A stretch of 36,952 nucleotides of DNA from Thermoproteota archaeon (GCA_015522685.1 WALU01000004.1:1-36952); one strand, 5' to 3'; numbered from the stretch's first letter, positions 1 to 9,072 are shown. Numbers and translations are program-made. The notes: a model not told the origin generated them from the letters alone.

Positions 1-147
1 GTATTGGACATAATAAAGAAGGGAGAGATCACCAGACTTTCGGATTTAAATGAAGGAAACGAAGCTATGGTACTATTTCCAGAAAAAGGGGATCCTAGAC
101 TTATATCTAGGCTAATCGGCATAGGGTTAACTCCAGGAAGCAGCATT
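1..147 (+). pseudogene. 3'-truncated paralog of the DtxR-FeoA gene (FeoA region); runs off the left edge of the window
   Basis: Codons 1-147 read VLDIIKKGEITRLSDLNEGNEAMVLFPEKGDPRLISRLIGIGLTPGSSI, 39/49 identical to the peptide at 4989-5135. Similarity ends at nt 147 and an unrelated tail runs to the stop at 198. Confidence 0.85.
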
Positions 148-150
148 AGC

Positions 151-172
151 GCGCGCGACTGTTATCGCGCGC
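151..172. repeat. GC-rich inverted repeat (8-bp stem, 6-nt loop)
   Basis: GCGCGCGA-ctgtta-TCGCGCGC, right after the FeoA-copy breakpoint. Confidence 0.8.
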
Positions 173-443
173 ATTTGAAGAGTTGTGTAGATATTTAAGA
201 ATTTTTCTTGACAGAATTAGTTTTGCTGCACTGTAATGCCTAGGAGATTCTTGCATAAGAAGATGCAAATAAAGATGCATTGAGCTATATACCCTCAAAA
301 ACTACCTTTTAATCATCATAAATCCACTTAAGGCCATACAATATTGGTCGTATTTCAAGGCCCCCTCGCGACTCTCAGCCCGTTTCAACACGTTCCATCA
401 TGCATCCTTTTTATTGGTTTGTGCTAGATTCGATGGATGAAAC

Positions 444-1775
444 TTGAATTCGAGGAATAAAGGGCTGATAGTAGCCTCCATAGTTGTAATTGTGGCATTC
501 ATCCTCTATGAGATGAAGGAATTCTCAATGCCCTTACTTTACGGTATAGATGGACCTTACTACTACGTTCAAGTGAACAGCATCTTGAAGAGGGGGACTC
601 TGCTCTATCAAGATCCTCCTCTCGCCTTCTATATACTCACAGGTTTCTCCCTCCTGCTAGGGGATGTCATGGCAGGCATCAAGGTAGGATCCATGCTCGT
701 GACGCTGCTTGGGGCCTTCGCTATCTATTACCTGATCAGGGAAATGACCAACGAGATAGGAGGGATAGCTGGTTCCATCTTCTATGTCGCTAATCCTTGG
801 ATGGTTAGGATGAGCATGGAACTAATAAAGAACGCTATGGGTCTTACATTTCTTTCCTTCACCCTCCTGTTCACTTACCTCTCAGTTAAGAGAAAGGATT
901 ACAGATTTTCGCTTCTTTCCTCCCTCTTCATAGTGCTCACGGGACTAACACATGTCCTAGACTTTGGAGTGGCCATGGCCATTTTGTTCTTGGCATTTCT
1001 GTTCCACATAAAGGACAGAGAGTCGCTGAAGATCCTCTCGCTTCCTCTCATATTTGCCCTAGTCCTACTTTCCCTTGGTTTCACCACGAATATCATGGGA
1101 GGAGATCCCTACAAGGGAGTGGCTTTCCTCCAAGAGTTGATGTCGAAGAAGCCCGAACCCATAGCCAAGCCTATCCCAGCTAAGCCCGTGAAAGGCGGAC
1201 AGAGAGGCCTGCTCGACATAATATACTCCATTACAATAGCCCTAGCTGGACTTGTGCTCTCCATAAAGGCCCCACGCCCTACTAAGGAGTTCCTTTTCTC
1301 TTCATCTCTTATATTACTGGCTTTAGCCTTCCCATTCAATCCAGCCAATTTTCTCTGGAGATTCGATCTCATGACTGCAGTACTTGCCCCGTTGATCTTG
1401 GGAATAGTGATAGGAGAGATCAAGGATCCTAAAACTGCTGTGGTAGTAGCTCTGATAATTTTCGGTCTGCTGTTGCCCCTAGTCTTATCTCAAGCCTTTG
1501 CAATAAGGCCAAGCATCCCGCTAGAGGAGTACAGGGAGCTGGAAGACCTAGTCTATCGATTGGAAGGTAAATATGCTTTAGTAGTCCCATCGCCTAGGCT
1601 CCTTTATTGGGTGCAGGCAGTTGATCTCAATGCTGTTAGGTCACCGCATGATGTTAATGGTTCGAAAATGGTTGTGATAGTGGATAGGAGATCTCCACAC
1701 ATGCCAATTCCTCTAGGAAGGCTTATCTATCGAGGGAGGTTTATAGGTGCCTATTTAATAGCTAGAGGAAATTAG
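444..1775 (+). CDS. Polytopic membrane protein, GT-C/PMT-like glycosyltransferase
   Basis: About 11-13 hydrophobic segments; first external loop GIDGPYY...DPPL resembles GT-C enzymes; small soluble C-terminal domain; TTG start. Confidence 0.65.
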   Translation: MNSRNKGLIVASIVVIVAFILYEMKEFSMPLLYGIDGPYYYVQVNSILKRGTLLYQDPPLAFYILTGFSLLLGDVMAGIKVGSMLVTLLGAFAIYYLIREMTNEIGGIAGSIFYVANPWMVRMSMELIKNAMGLTFLSFTLLFTYLSVKRKDYRFSLLSSLFIVLTGLTHVLDFGVAMAILFLAFLFHIKDRESLKILSLPLIFALVLLSLGFTTNIMGGDPYKGVAFLQELMSKKPEPIAKPIPAKPVKGGQRGLLDIIYSITIALAGLVLSIKAPRPTKEFLFSSSLILLALAFPFNPANFLWRFDLMTAVLAPLILGIVIGEIKDPKTAVVVALIIFGLLLPLVLSQAFAIRPSIPLEEYRELEDLVYRLEGKYALVVPSPRLLYWVQAVDLNAVRSPHDVNGSKMVVIVDRRSPHMPIPLGRLIYRGRFIGAYLIARGN

Positions 1776-2142
1776 ACCCACCCATAGGAATGGACGGCAG
1801 GTTACGAAAGCTCTTCTTAATGATAGTGCTAAAGGAAGATAGGAAAAGTCATAGAAAAGCTGGTGAGGAATTAATACAGAGCAGGAAAGTTCTTCCTAAG
1901 TCCTGAGTTGATGGAAGCCATGGATTCCTTGAGAGTGGGAGAAAGCTTTCAAGGGTAATGATGTCTCAGCTAAAGGAGAAATATAGTGAAGAACGTGACT
2001 CTGAAGGATGAGAAGTTATCTCTGTGGATAGCTCAAGGGAGGGACCGCACGATTCCTTATTTACAAATGAAATGAGTAAATATCTTCTTGAGAGTTCAGG
2101 TAAATATAATAATGATCGCTTTGCCTATGAAGTGATAGAGGG

Positions 2143-2700
2143 ATGGTAGCCAACTCGAACCTAAAATCCAATATACTCAAGCTGCTTAAGGAAGATGAAG
2201 AGTTTAGATATGCTGTAGCGGGCCTCATAGGACTCGAGGATTTGAGAAAGGGGCAAATTGAGTTAAGAGAAGCTGTTACAAAGCTAGCCGAGGAGCAGAG
2301 GAAGATGAAAATAACCCTCAGGTACGCTGTAGATTACATTGAGGAGGTGGGTATCTTGCTAGAAGATGAAGCTAGATCCATGATAGAGTATAGACTCAGG
2401 CAACGTGGGATAAAGATGGAGCTGGATGCCCTCATTAGACCCTATGTTGAGCTGGACATTTATGGTTCGGATGGTAATCTGACGATAGTTGGAGAGGCGA
2501 AGACTAGATTGGCTCCCAGACATGTAAAGGAGCTTGAGGGTAAGATAAAGATGATAAGGAAGAGAGAACCAGAGTTGATCAAGGGAAGACTTGTGAAGGT
2601 AATTTATGCCCTTTGGGTTCATCCGGATGCCTTAAAAAGGTGTAAAGAGAGTGAAATATGGCTGAACACGCCTAATGAGGAGCTAACACAGATGAGCTAA
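2143..2700 (+). CDS. Archaeal coiled-coil + PD-(D/E)XK nuclease-like protein
   Basis: N-terminal LLKEDEEFRYAVAGLIG, a short heptad coil, then ELDIY...VGEAK (D...ExK). Confidence 0.75.
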   Translation: MVANSNLKSNILKLLKEDEEFRYAVAGLIGLEDLRKGQIELREAVTKLAEEQRKMKITLRYAVDYIEEVGILLEDEARSMIEYRLRQRGIKMELDALIRPYVELDIYGSDGNLTIVGEAKTRLAPRHVKELEGKIKMIRKREPELIKGRLVKVIYALWVHPDALKRCKESEIWLNTPNEELTQMS

Positions 2701-2916
2701 TTAAGGGCTTATAATAGAGATCAGGTTCTTCCCATCCTTCCTGTAGAAAGTCCAAGCGTCGATCAGCTTTGAGGAGATGGAATCAAATTTCGGACGCTTA
2801 ATTAGCAGTACATCTCCCAAATCATCCACAATGGCTAATATTCCGCAATCTGCCATCCTTCTTGTCACTAGATCCCTGCTGACAGTGTTTAAAATAGCTA
2901 AAGCTCCTTTATCTGA
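2701..2916 (-). pseudogene. Internal fragment of a class I SAM methyltransferase paralogous to 30283-31089
   Basis: Minus strand reads SDKGALAILNTVSRDLVTRRMADCGILAIVDDLGDVLLIKRPKFDSISSKLIDAWTFYRKDGKNLI, aligning to PDGGMLAILNTISRDAIARRQAECG...HPRFDPASSRLTTKWVFYKKDGRDLI (30712-30912). No start codon or N-terminus. Confidence 0.85.
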
Positions 2917-2925
2917 GTACGCGTG

Positions 2926-3071
2926 AATACTGTTAGGTCATCGCATGATGTTAATGACTCACAAATACTATAATAATTGATAAAAGATCTCCTCGCATGC
3001 CAATTCCATCGAGCAGGCCAATTTATCGGGGAAGATTCATAGAGGCTTATCTCATAGCTAGAGGACGTTAA
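2926..3071 (+). pseudogene. Diverged copy of the last ~48 codons of the GT-C-like gene (1629-1775)
   Basis: NTVRSSHDVNDSQI/IIDKRSPRMPIPSSRPIYRGRFIEAYLIARGR* vs NAVRSPHDVNGSKMVVIVDRRSPHMPIPLGRLIYRGRFIGAYLIARGN*, with a net 1-nt deletion. Confidence 0.9.
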
Positions 3072-3253
3072 CTTCATTTCTGTTTCTTTTCTCTACCCCT
3101 ATCCCTTTCAATCTCCACCCTACTTTCCTCTATTTCACTTTCTTCCTACTATCCTACTCGTCTAGCTTGATAGATAGATAATATGTACTGTGATGCTGTT
3201 CAGCTCAGCCCAGACCAAATCCATTTAAGTCGATCTATGGGCTATAATTAAGA

Positions 3254-4267
3254 ATGAAGATCGAGATACTTGGAACAGAGACCCTCGGAGTGAGGGGTCT
3301 ATCTACATTTGTAGATGCGGCTAAGGTCCTAATAGATCCTGGGGTGGCCTTGGGGTTCTCTCGATATCACCTCCATCCTCATCCAATTCAAGCAGTTGTT
3401 GGAGATGATGTGAAGGCTAAGATAGTTAAAGCTTGGAAGAGAGCCAAAGATGTAGTTATAAGCCATTTCCATGGGGATCATGTCCCCCTACTCAATCCTA
3501 ATCCCTTCCAGCTGGGAATTGACGATGTTCTTCGATCACATTCCACTAATCCCAATGCTAGGATCTGGGTGAAGGCTGAGAAGTTCTGCAGAGGAGTCGA
3601 GAGGGAGAGGTTGAGGGACCTCAAGAGAATGTTTGGTGGTCAAGTAGTCGAGGTGGAGCCTGGTGAAGGAGATGGCATGTTAGAATTCGTCGGTCCCTTT
3701 TTCCATACCGGAAGCTCAAGCACCTTAGTTCTAGGTACCCTTATTAGGAGTGAGGAGATAGTGCTGCACCTCTCTGATGCTGATATTTTCAGTAAGGGAG
3801 TAATTAGAGCAATAAGGAGAATAGACCCAGATATTATAATATCGGACGGACCTTCTATCTATAGGCATGAGTTTGATGACAGGTTTATTAACGATGCTCT
3901 CTTAAGGGCCTCAAGGCTAGTAGATTCATGCGGGAGCTGGGTACTAGATCATCACCTCATGAGGTGCGATGAAGGGATTGAATGGCTTAACTCCCTCAAG
4001 AAAAGAGAAAGAGGATGCAGGATCTTTTCTGCCGCTGGTTTCATGATGGAACCTCTCACAATGCTGGAAGCTTGGCGCAGGACTCTCTACAGGTTATTGC
4101 CAGTGTCTAATGAATGGTTCATGAACCATTCTCTCTTGAAGAAATCGAAGAGAGATTATGGAGATATATGGCCTGAAATAAAGAAGGATTTAAGTGAGAA
4201 AAGGCCAGATAACGAAAGAAGATTTGAGAGTGCGCTGAGCTACTCCTTGGAGAGAATAGGAGCCTAG
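3254..4267 (+). CDS. Metallo-beta-lactamase-fold hydrolase (UPF0282/COG2248-like)
   Basis: ETLGVRG...LIDPGVALG...HPHP, SHFHGDH (HxHxDH), LSD, DGP and DHHLMR motifs. Confidence 0.85.
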   Translation: MKIEILGTETLGVRGLSTFVDAAKVLIDPGVALGFSRYHLHPHPIQAVVGDDVKAKIVKAWKRAKDVVISHFHGDHVPLLNPNPFQLGIDDVLRSHSTNPNARIWVKAEKFCRGVERERLRDLKRMFGGQVVEVEPGEGDGMLEFVGPFFHTGSSSTLVLGTLIRSEEIVLHLSDADIFSKGVIRAIRRIDPDIIISDGPSIYRHEFDDRFINDALLRASRLVDSCGSWVLDHHLMRCDEGIEWLNSLKKRERGCRIFSAAGFMMEPLTMLEAWRRTLYRLLPVSNEWFMNHSLLKKSKRDYGDIWPEIKKDLSEKRPDNERRFESALSYSLERIGA

Positions 4268-4670
4268 ATTTAAACCCAATTAACCAATGTTCTTTATCAG
4301 CGAATTGATCCGCTCTTCTATTTTCTTTCATCCTTTCAATGCTTCTCCTTTATGGACCCAGCATGCGCGCGCTAGCTTTCCTCCTATCCTTATATGCCTG
4401 TAGCTTACCCTTCAAGAGGGGACAGGGCGAGAGAGTCTTTACAACTATGTTATTACCATCTACCAACCAGAAATCTTCCTCGACTACTTCTCTCTTCTAA
4501 CATAGGCGATGCCTCTAGCTCTACTTCACTCCATTATAGTCCACCCAGTAGTAGAGTCTATTGTCATCTCGCTCAGTTCAGGAAGAAAGCTGAGAGTATA
4601 AAAGCAAAAGGAATAATAAGACTCCGCACTACAAATTAGACAAAGGCATATTTCTCTAAAGGCGATATTC

Positions 4671-5267
4671 ATGAAAGAAGTAAAAGTAGAGGGGAAAAGC
4701 CCGGTCAGCATTGCGAGAGAAGATATTCTAAGACATTTAGTAGAAAGAGGAGGGTTCTCAACCACGGAAGAACTGAAGAGAGAAGCTTTAGATTCATTGT
4801 TGAATGATGCACTGCAGCAATTAAAGGAAGACGGTATGGTAGCTGAACAAGGAGAAGGAGTAAAACTCTTAGAGAAGGGATGGGAGGAAGGCAATGGAAT
4901 ATTAAGGAAATATAAGAAGGCAGAAAAGGAACTGGGTAGTCACATCTATGCTCATGTTCTGGAGCATTTCGACATGGAGATTGATTACGTATTGGACGTA
5001 ATAAAGAAAGGAAGAACCACTAGGCTTTCGGACTTAGACGAAGGGAGCGAGGCTATAATATTATTCCCAGAGAAGGTAGATCCTAAGCTCATATCTAGAC
5101 TGATTGGCATAGGGCTTACCCCAGGAAGCATGATCCGAGTATTCTCAAAGAATTTAAAGGTCATAGTTATTATGGTGAAGGGTAGGCTAGCTGCCCTTAA
5201 TGATAAAGTCGCAAAGATGATTAAAGTACTTAGGATGGAGGCGGGAAGGGAAGGGGATGGAGCGTAG
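4671..5267 (+). CDS. feoA: DtxR/MntR-like metalloregulator fused to a FeoA (SH3-like) domain
   Basis: N-terminal wHTH-like region, AHVLEH metal motif, C-terminal RLIGIGLTPG FeoA signature; overlaps the feoB start. Confidence 0.75.
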   Translation: MKEVKVEGKSPVSIAREDILRHLVERGGFSTTEELKREALDSLLNDALQQLKEDGMVAEQGEGVKLLEKGWEEGNGILRKYKKAEKELGSHIYAHVLEHFDMEIDYVLDVIKKGRTTRLSDLDEGSEAIILFPEKVDPKLISRLIGIGLTPGSMIRVFSKNLKVIVIMVKGRLAALNDKVAKMIKVLRMEAGREGDGA

Positions 5268-7158
5268 AGTTCTTCTGGTAGGTCAGCCTAATGTCGGGAA
5301 GAGTAGCATCTTGAATGCTCTCACAGGAGCGAGGGCCACTGTATCTAATTACCCAGGAACTACAGTCGATATCACCTTAGGAAGGACTGAAGTAAAAGGA
5401 ATCAGATATGTACTCATCGATACTCCTGGCATATATAACCTCTTCCCAAGTAGCATGGAGGAAGAGATAACTGAGATGGCTGTTATTAAAGGAGAATATG
5501 AATTCATCATAAATGTCGTCGATGCTACTGCTATTGAGAGAAATCTGATAATTACGGCAGCACTCGCCGAGTTAGGGGTTCCTATGATCATAGCAGTCAA
5601 TTTCTGGGAGGAAGCAGAGAAAAAAGGTATAAAAATAGACTATAAAAAACTGGAAAAGTCTCTTGGAGTTCCCATAGTTAAGGTAAACCCTTTCAAGAGA
5701 GGAGGAATGAGAGAACTCATCTCTCACATCGATAAGTTTAGAAAGCCATTATTTCATGTAAGATATAATGATCATATAGAGAAGGCCATATATAGCCTCT
5801 TAGGCTGTATCAAAGGAGACAAACTAGATAAGAGAGGCGTAGCAGCAAGGCTTGTGGAGGGAGATCCTATCTTTAGATCTCTCTTTGACTGTGAGCGAGT
5901 AGTTGAGGTTAGGAAATGGTTGATAGATCAAGGGCATAATCCTCAACTGGATGTAGAGTCATCTAGAGCTGCTTCTGCTTTCATGCTGGCAAGTGGTGTG
6001 ACACACGTCCTCCCCACTCCTGAGAGAGCCGGACCAACAAGCGCTTTAGATGATCTAGTGCTTAGGAGACCATTTATTGGCCTGATCTTCTCCTTATTGC
6101 TCCTATTTATTATAATCTCCCTTGTGATCTATGGAGGAGGAGTTATACAGGATCTCCTGGTATCCATTACTGATCCTTGGGTCAGTTATATTAGTAGATT
6201 AGCCTATGAGAGCGGGAAGTTAGTGGGTAAGCTGGTTGAGACATCTCTTCTTGCATTAGAAGGACAGTACGCAGCCGCCGTTCCTTATGTCTTCTTGTTC
6301 TATGCAATACTGGCGATTCTAGAGGATAGCGGAATCCTAGCTAGGGAAATAGTTATGCTCTCAAGCATATTTGACAGGATAGGCTTACACGCCAAATCTG
6401 TTATTCCAGCAATGCTTGGACTTGGATGCAGCGTCCCTGCGATTAAATCGACCAGGGTCCTACCTTCCATCAAGCAGAGGATGAAAACGATTTTTCTTTT
6501 CCTTTTTATACCCTGCTCCAGCAGAGCTGTAACAATATTCGGCCTTACTGGAAGGTATCTAGGACCGCTATGGGCATTCAGTGTATATGTAGTAGGATTC
6601 GCTCTAGGTCTGATCACAGTTAAGCTCTTAGATTTCCTCCCGACATTTGAGGGAGAGGAGCTTTATGTTATAGAAGAGCTTCCTCCTTATAGAATGCCAA
6701 AAGCAGAGAATATCGCCTTGAAGTCATGGATGAGGTTCAAGGACTTCATAATTATTGTTACTCCCCTGGTAGTAGCTGGTGCTATCCTGTATACCTTCAT
6801 CGATTATTCCGGATTGGCAAGTTTGGTGGTGGATCCCCTCAAGCCGTTGGTATCTTACTGGCTCGGCCTTCCTCCCAATGCAGCAGTGCCGCTAGTTTAC
6901 GGCTTTTTACAGAAAGATATCGTGATTGGAATGCTCTATGCAGTCTTGGGTACTAGTAATATAGCATCGATTCTCACTCCCTACCAGATATATTCTTTCA
7001 CCTTAGCGAACACATTCCAGCTCCCCTGCATCATAGCATTCCTGATGATATGGAGGGAGTTAGGATGGAAAACTGCTTTGATAACCTTCTTAACTGGGAT
7101 ATCCTATGGAATGCTCTGGGCTGGGCTTATAGGAAGAACTTTGTTTTTCTTTATCTGA
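5257..7158 (+). CDS. feoB: Ferrous iron transporter FeoB
   Basis: G1 GQPNVGKS, G2 NYPGTT, G3 DTPG; LEDSG, GLGCSVPA, IPCS, ELPPY and PC gate motifs in the membrane domain. Confidence 0.95.
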   Translation: MERRVLLVGQPNVGKSSILNALTGARATVSNYPGTTVDITLGRTEVKGIRYVLIDTPGIYNLFPSSMEEEITEMAVIKGEYEFIINVVDATAIERNLIITAALAELGVPMIIAVNFWEEAEKKGIKIDYKKLEKSLGVPIVKVNPFKRGGMRELISHIDKFRKPLFHVRYNDHIEKAIYSLLGCIKGDKLDKRGVAARLVEGDPIFRSLFDCERVVEVRKWLIDQGHNPQLDVESSRAASAFMLASGVTHVLPTPERAGPTSALDDLVLRRPFIGLIFSLLLLFIIISLVIYGGGVIQDLLVSITDPWVSYISRLAYESGKLVGKLVETSLLALEGQYAAAVPYVFLFYAILAILEDSGILAREIVMLSSIFDRIGLHAKSVIPAMLGLGCSVPAIKSTRVLPSIKQRMKTIFLFLFIPCSSRAVTIFGLTGRYLGPLWAFSVYVVGFALGLITVKLLDFLPTFEGEELYVIEELPPYRMPKAENIALKSWMRFKDFIIIVTPLVVAGAILYTFIDYSGLASLVVDPLKPLVSYWLGLPPNAAVPLVYGFLQKDIVIGMLYAVLGTSNIASILTPYQIYSFTLANTFQLPCIIAFLMIWRELGWKTALITFLTGISYGMLWAGLIGRTLFFFI

Positions 7159-7204
7159 AACTTCTTTCTACTCTATTTTTTATTACCAACAATGTCTGTA
7201 TCAG

Positions 7205-7280
7205 TTTCATTATTATGCCCAGTTTCCTAGCAGCCTTCTCAAAATGCTTTTATTCCTAGTCCATAGGAGAGGGTCTTCGC
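7205..7280 (-). pseudogene. Possible C-terminal remnant of a PIN/VapC gene
   Basis: Minus strand reads EDPLLWTRN(K)/KHFEKAARKLGI with one frameshift in an A-run; resembles the VapC T.N.KHF motif. Confidence 0.35.
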
Positions 7281-7389
7281 TATGGAAATGAAATACTGAA
7301 CTAGGCTGGTGACCTATGATAAAGAACTTCTTAGCAAGTCCAAGGATATTGTGATCACATCAGAGGATTTGCTGAAGCAGAGCAGATAA
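7279..7389 (+). pseudogene. Possible C-terminal remnant of a second PIN/VapC gene
   Basis: AMEMKY*TRLVTYDKELLSKSKDIVITSEDLLKQSR*; LVTYDKEL resembles the last PIN strand. Confidence 0.4.
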
Positions 7390-7911
7390 TTATGCAGGGA
7401 TTAAGACTTATTCTCCACTATGGCGTGCATGAATCACCAAGAGAAAGTATAGGATAGTATAGGATTAGAACATACAGAATAGCTTTAAGTCTCTATTAGC
7501 GTTTTATAATTTTCCAAGAATTCTAGCGCCTTATTCCTATTATTAATTACTTCTGATGATCGCTATCTCTTCTCATTGTTCAATTTATATTAATATCAAA
7601 ATAAACTCGTCCTCCTTTAGTAATACGCGATTGGTTAGAGATAGTTATACCTATTTAGAGGATATACTTATCGATTAACGCAACTGGCCATGCCGAGATG
7701 ACTGCCTCTCCTAGGGAGGATCTTGAGAGTAGTTTTTCTCTTCAATTAACGAGGATCCACTAGAGCGTCACCTCTTAAATGAAGTCGTAAAAACCAAGCT
7801 ACTTACCTGTTTGGCAATTTGGGGTTGGATATTATAAATCTATTCCTGAACGGTATTATAGATCCATTTCTGAATGGAGGGAACTAATATATCTTGATCT
7901 AAAATGATTAT

Positions 7912-8196
7912 ATGTTCTATATAAAAAGGACACTAGATCCAATAAAAATGAGTAATATAACCAACTTGATAGCCGATAGCTTATTCTATCATGGACTTCT
8001 CATGGTTCTTCCAAAGCAGAATGACCTTATGAGGATAGCTTCGCTCATAGTTGGTGCTGAAGAAGAGCCAAATGAAGATAATAAAGATTTATTCCATGAG
8101 ATCCTAAATATCATTAAAGAAGTAGCGAATGAGTTCATAATTAATATTGAAAAAATTAAAGTTGGTGAGAGCAAGGCTTGTGATAAGAGCTTATAG
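7912..8196 (+). CDS. Hypothetical protein, possibly the 3' remnant of a longer AT-rich gene
   Basis: 94-aa ORF with no recognised motif; interrupted coding-like sequence (LPVWQFGVGYYKSIPERYYRSISEWRELIYLDLK*) lies upstream. Confidence 0.35.
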   Translation: MFYIKRTLDPIKMSNITNLIADSLFYHGLLMVLPKQNDLMRIASLIVGAEEEPNEDNKDLFHEILNIIKEVANEFIINIEKIKVGESKACDKSL

Positions 8197-8264
8197 ATCC
8201 TGATGAAAGGTACCATAAAAATAGTGAAAACTCAATAGTTATCTCACTTTAGCTTCTTGATATT

Positions 8265-8957
8265 GTGATGCTAGATAGGTTCTTCATAGTGGCCCATAGA
8301 GGAGCTAGCGCTTATGAGCCAGAGAACACTCTAAGGTCCATTCATCGAGCGATAGAAATGAGTGCCGATGCTGTAGAGGTGGATGTAAGGCTTACATCTG
8401 ATGGAGTTCCTGTGATAATGCACGATCCAACAGTAGATAGGACTACTAAAGGAAAGGGATATGTAAATCGCATGCCCTTGAAGGAGATAGAATCTCTAGA
8501 TGCAGGCTTCGGAGAGAAGGTACCTAGGCTCGATGAAGTGCTCGATGAAGTACGAGGGAAGGCTGTTCTGATAATCGAGCTGAAGGTTGATGAGGCAGCC
8601 TTGCCTGCTCTCAGGCTCGTTAGCGGCCTGGACATGATGAACGATGCCCTATTCATCTCATTTTCAGAAAAAGCTCTAAGATCCGTCCTTAAGTCCCAAC
8701 CTGAAGCTCATACAGGCTTGATATACTACAGGCCGGGAGGTTGGATATCCGATGCCAAGAGAATTGGTTGTGAGCTCGTACTACCCAGATATCCTTTAGC
8801 TATTGCTAAAATGATAGAACTAGCACATAAACTCCATCTGAGGATAATACCTTGGATTATAGACGATCTAGAGTTAGCTAAGGAGATGAAGGAGAGGAGA
8901 GCTGATGGAATAGCTACTAACAGGCCAGATATTATGATACCCCTGAGAGATAGCTAG
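8265..8957 (+). CDS. Glycerophosphodiester phosphodiesterase (GDPD/GlpQ-UgpQ family)
   Basis: AHRGAS..PENT, VEVDVRLTSDG..VIMHD..VDRTT, IELK and GIATN motifs. Confidence 0.95.
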   Translation: MMLDRFFIVAHRGASAYEPENTLRSIHRAIEMSADAVEVDVRLTSDGVPVIMHDPTVDRTTKGKGYVNRMPLKEIESLDAGFGEKVPRLDEVLDEVRGKAVLIIELKVDEAALPALRLVSGLDMMNDALFISFSEKALRSVLKSQPEAHTGLIYYRPGGWISDAKRIGCELVLPRYPLAIAKMIELAHKLHLRIIPWIIDDLELAKEMKERRADGIATNRPDIMIPLRDS

Positions 8958-9052
8958 CAGATGCCTGTCTGTTTATTTAACCTAACAGCATTCACACCAC
9001 TGCGAGCTCACGCGAAGCTAAGCAATGGTAAATAGCAGATATCGTTAAATGT

Positions 9053-9072
9053 AGGTAACAGATCTGTTACCT
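9053..9072. promoter_or_regulatory. Perfect 20-bp palindrome, putative AbiEi autoregulatory operator
   Basis: AGGTAACAGA-TCTGTTACCT lies between a TATA-like GTTAAAT (9044-9050) and the ATG at 9080. Confidence 0.75.

Noticed and set aside
1790-2050. Purine-rich coding-like spacer (GKVIEKLVRN*YRAGKFFLSPELMEAMDSL)
   Set aside because: Probably another gene remnant, but no family could be recognised.
4350-4500. Minus-strand frame REVVEEDFWLVDGNNIVVKTLSPCPLLKGKLQAYKDR as a YkgJ/Cys-cluster remnant
   Set aside because: Only PCPLL..Y.DR resembles the family and the other cysteines are absent; needs an HMM search.
4634-4660. TTAGA...TCTAA as a DtxR box upstream of feoA
   Set aside because: Only 5-bp arms with a 14-nt spacer, which does not fit the 19-bp DtxR consensus.
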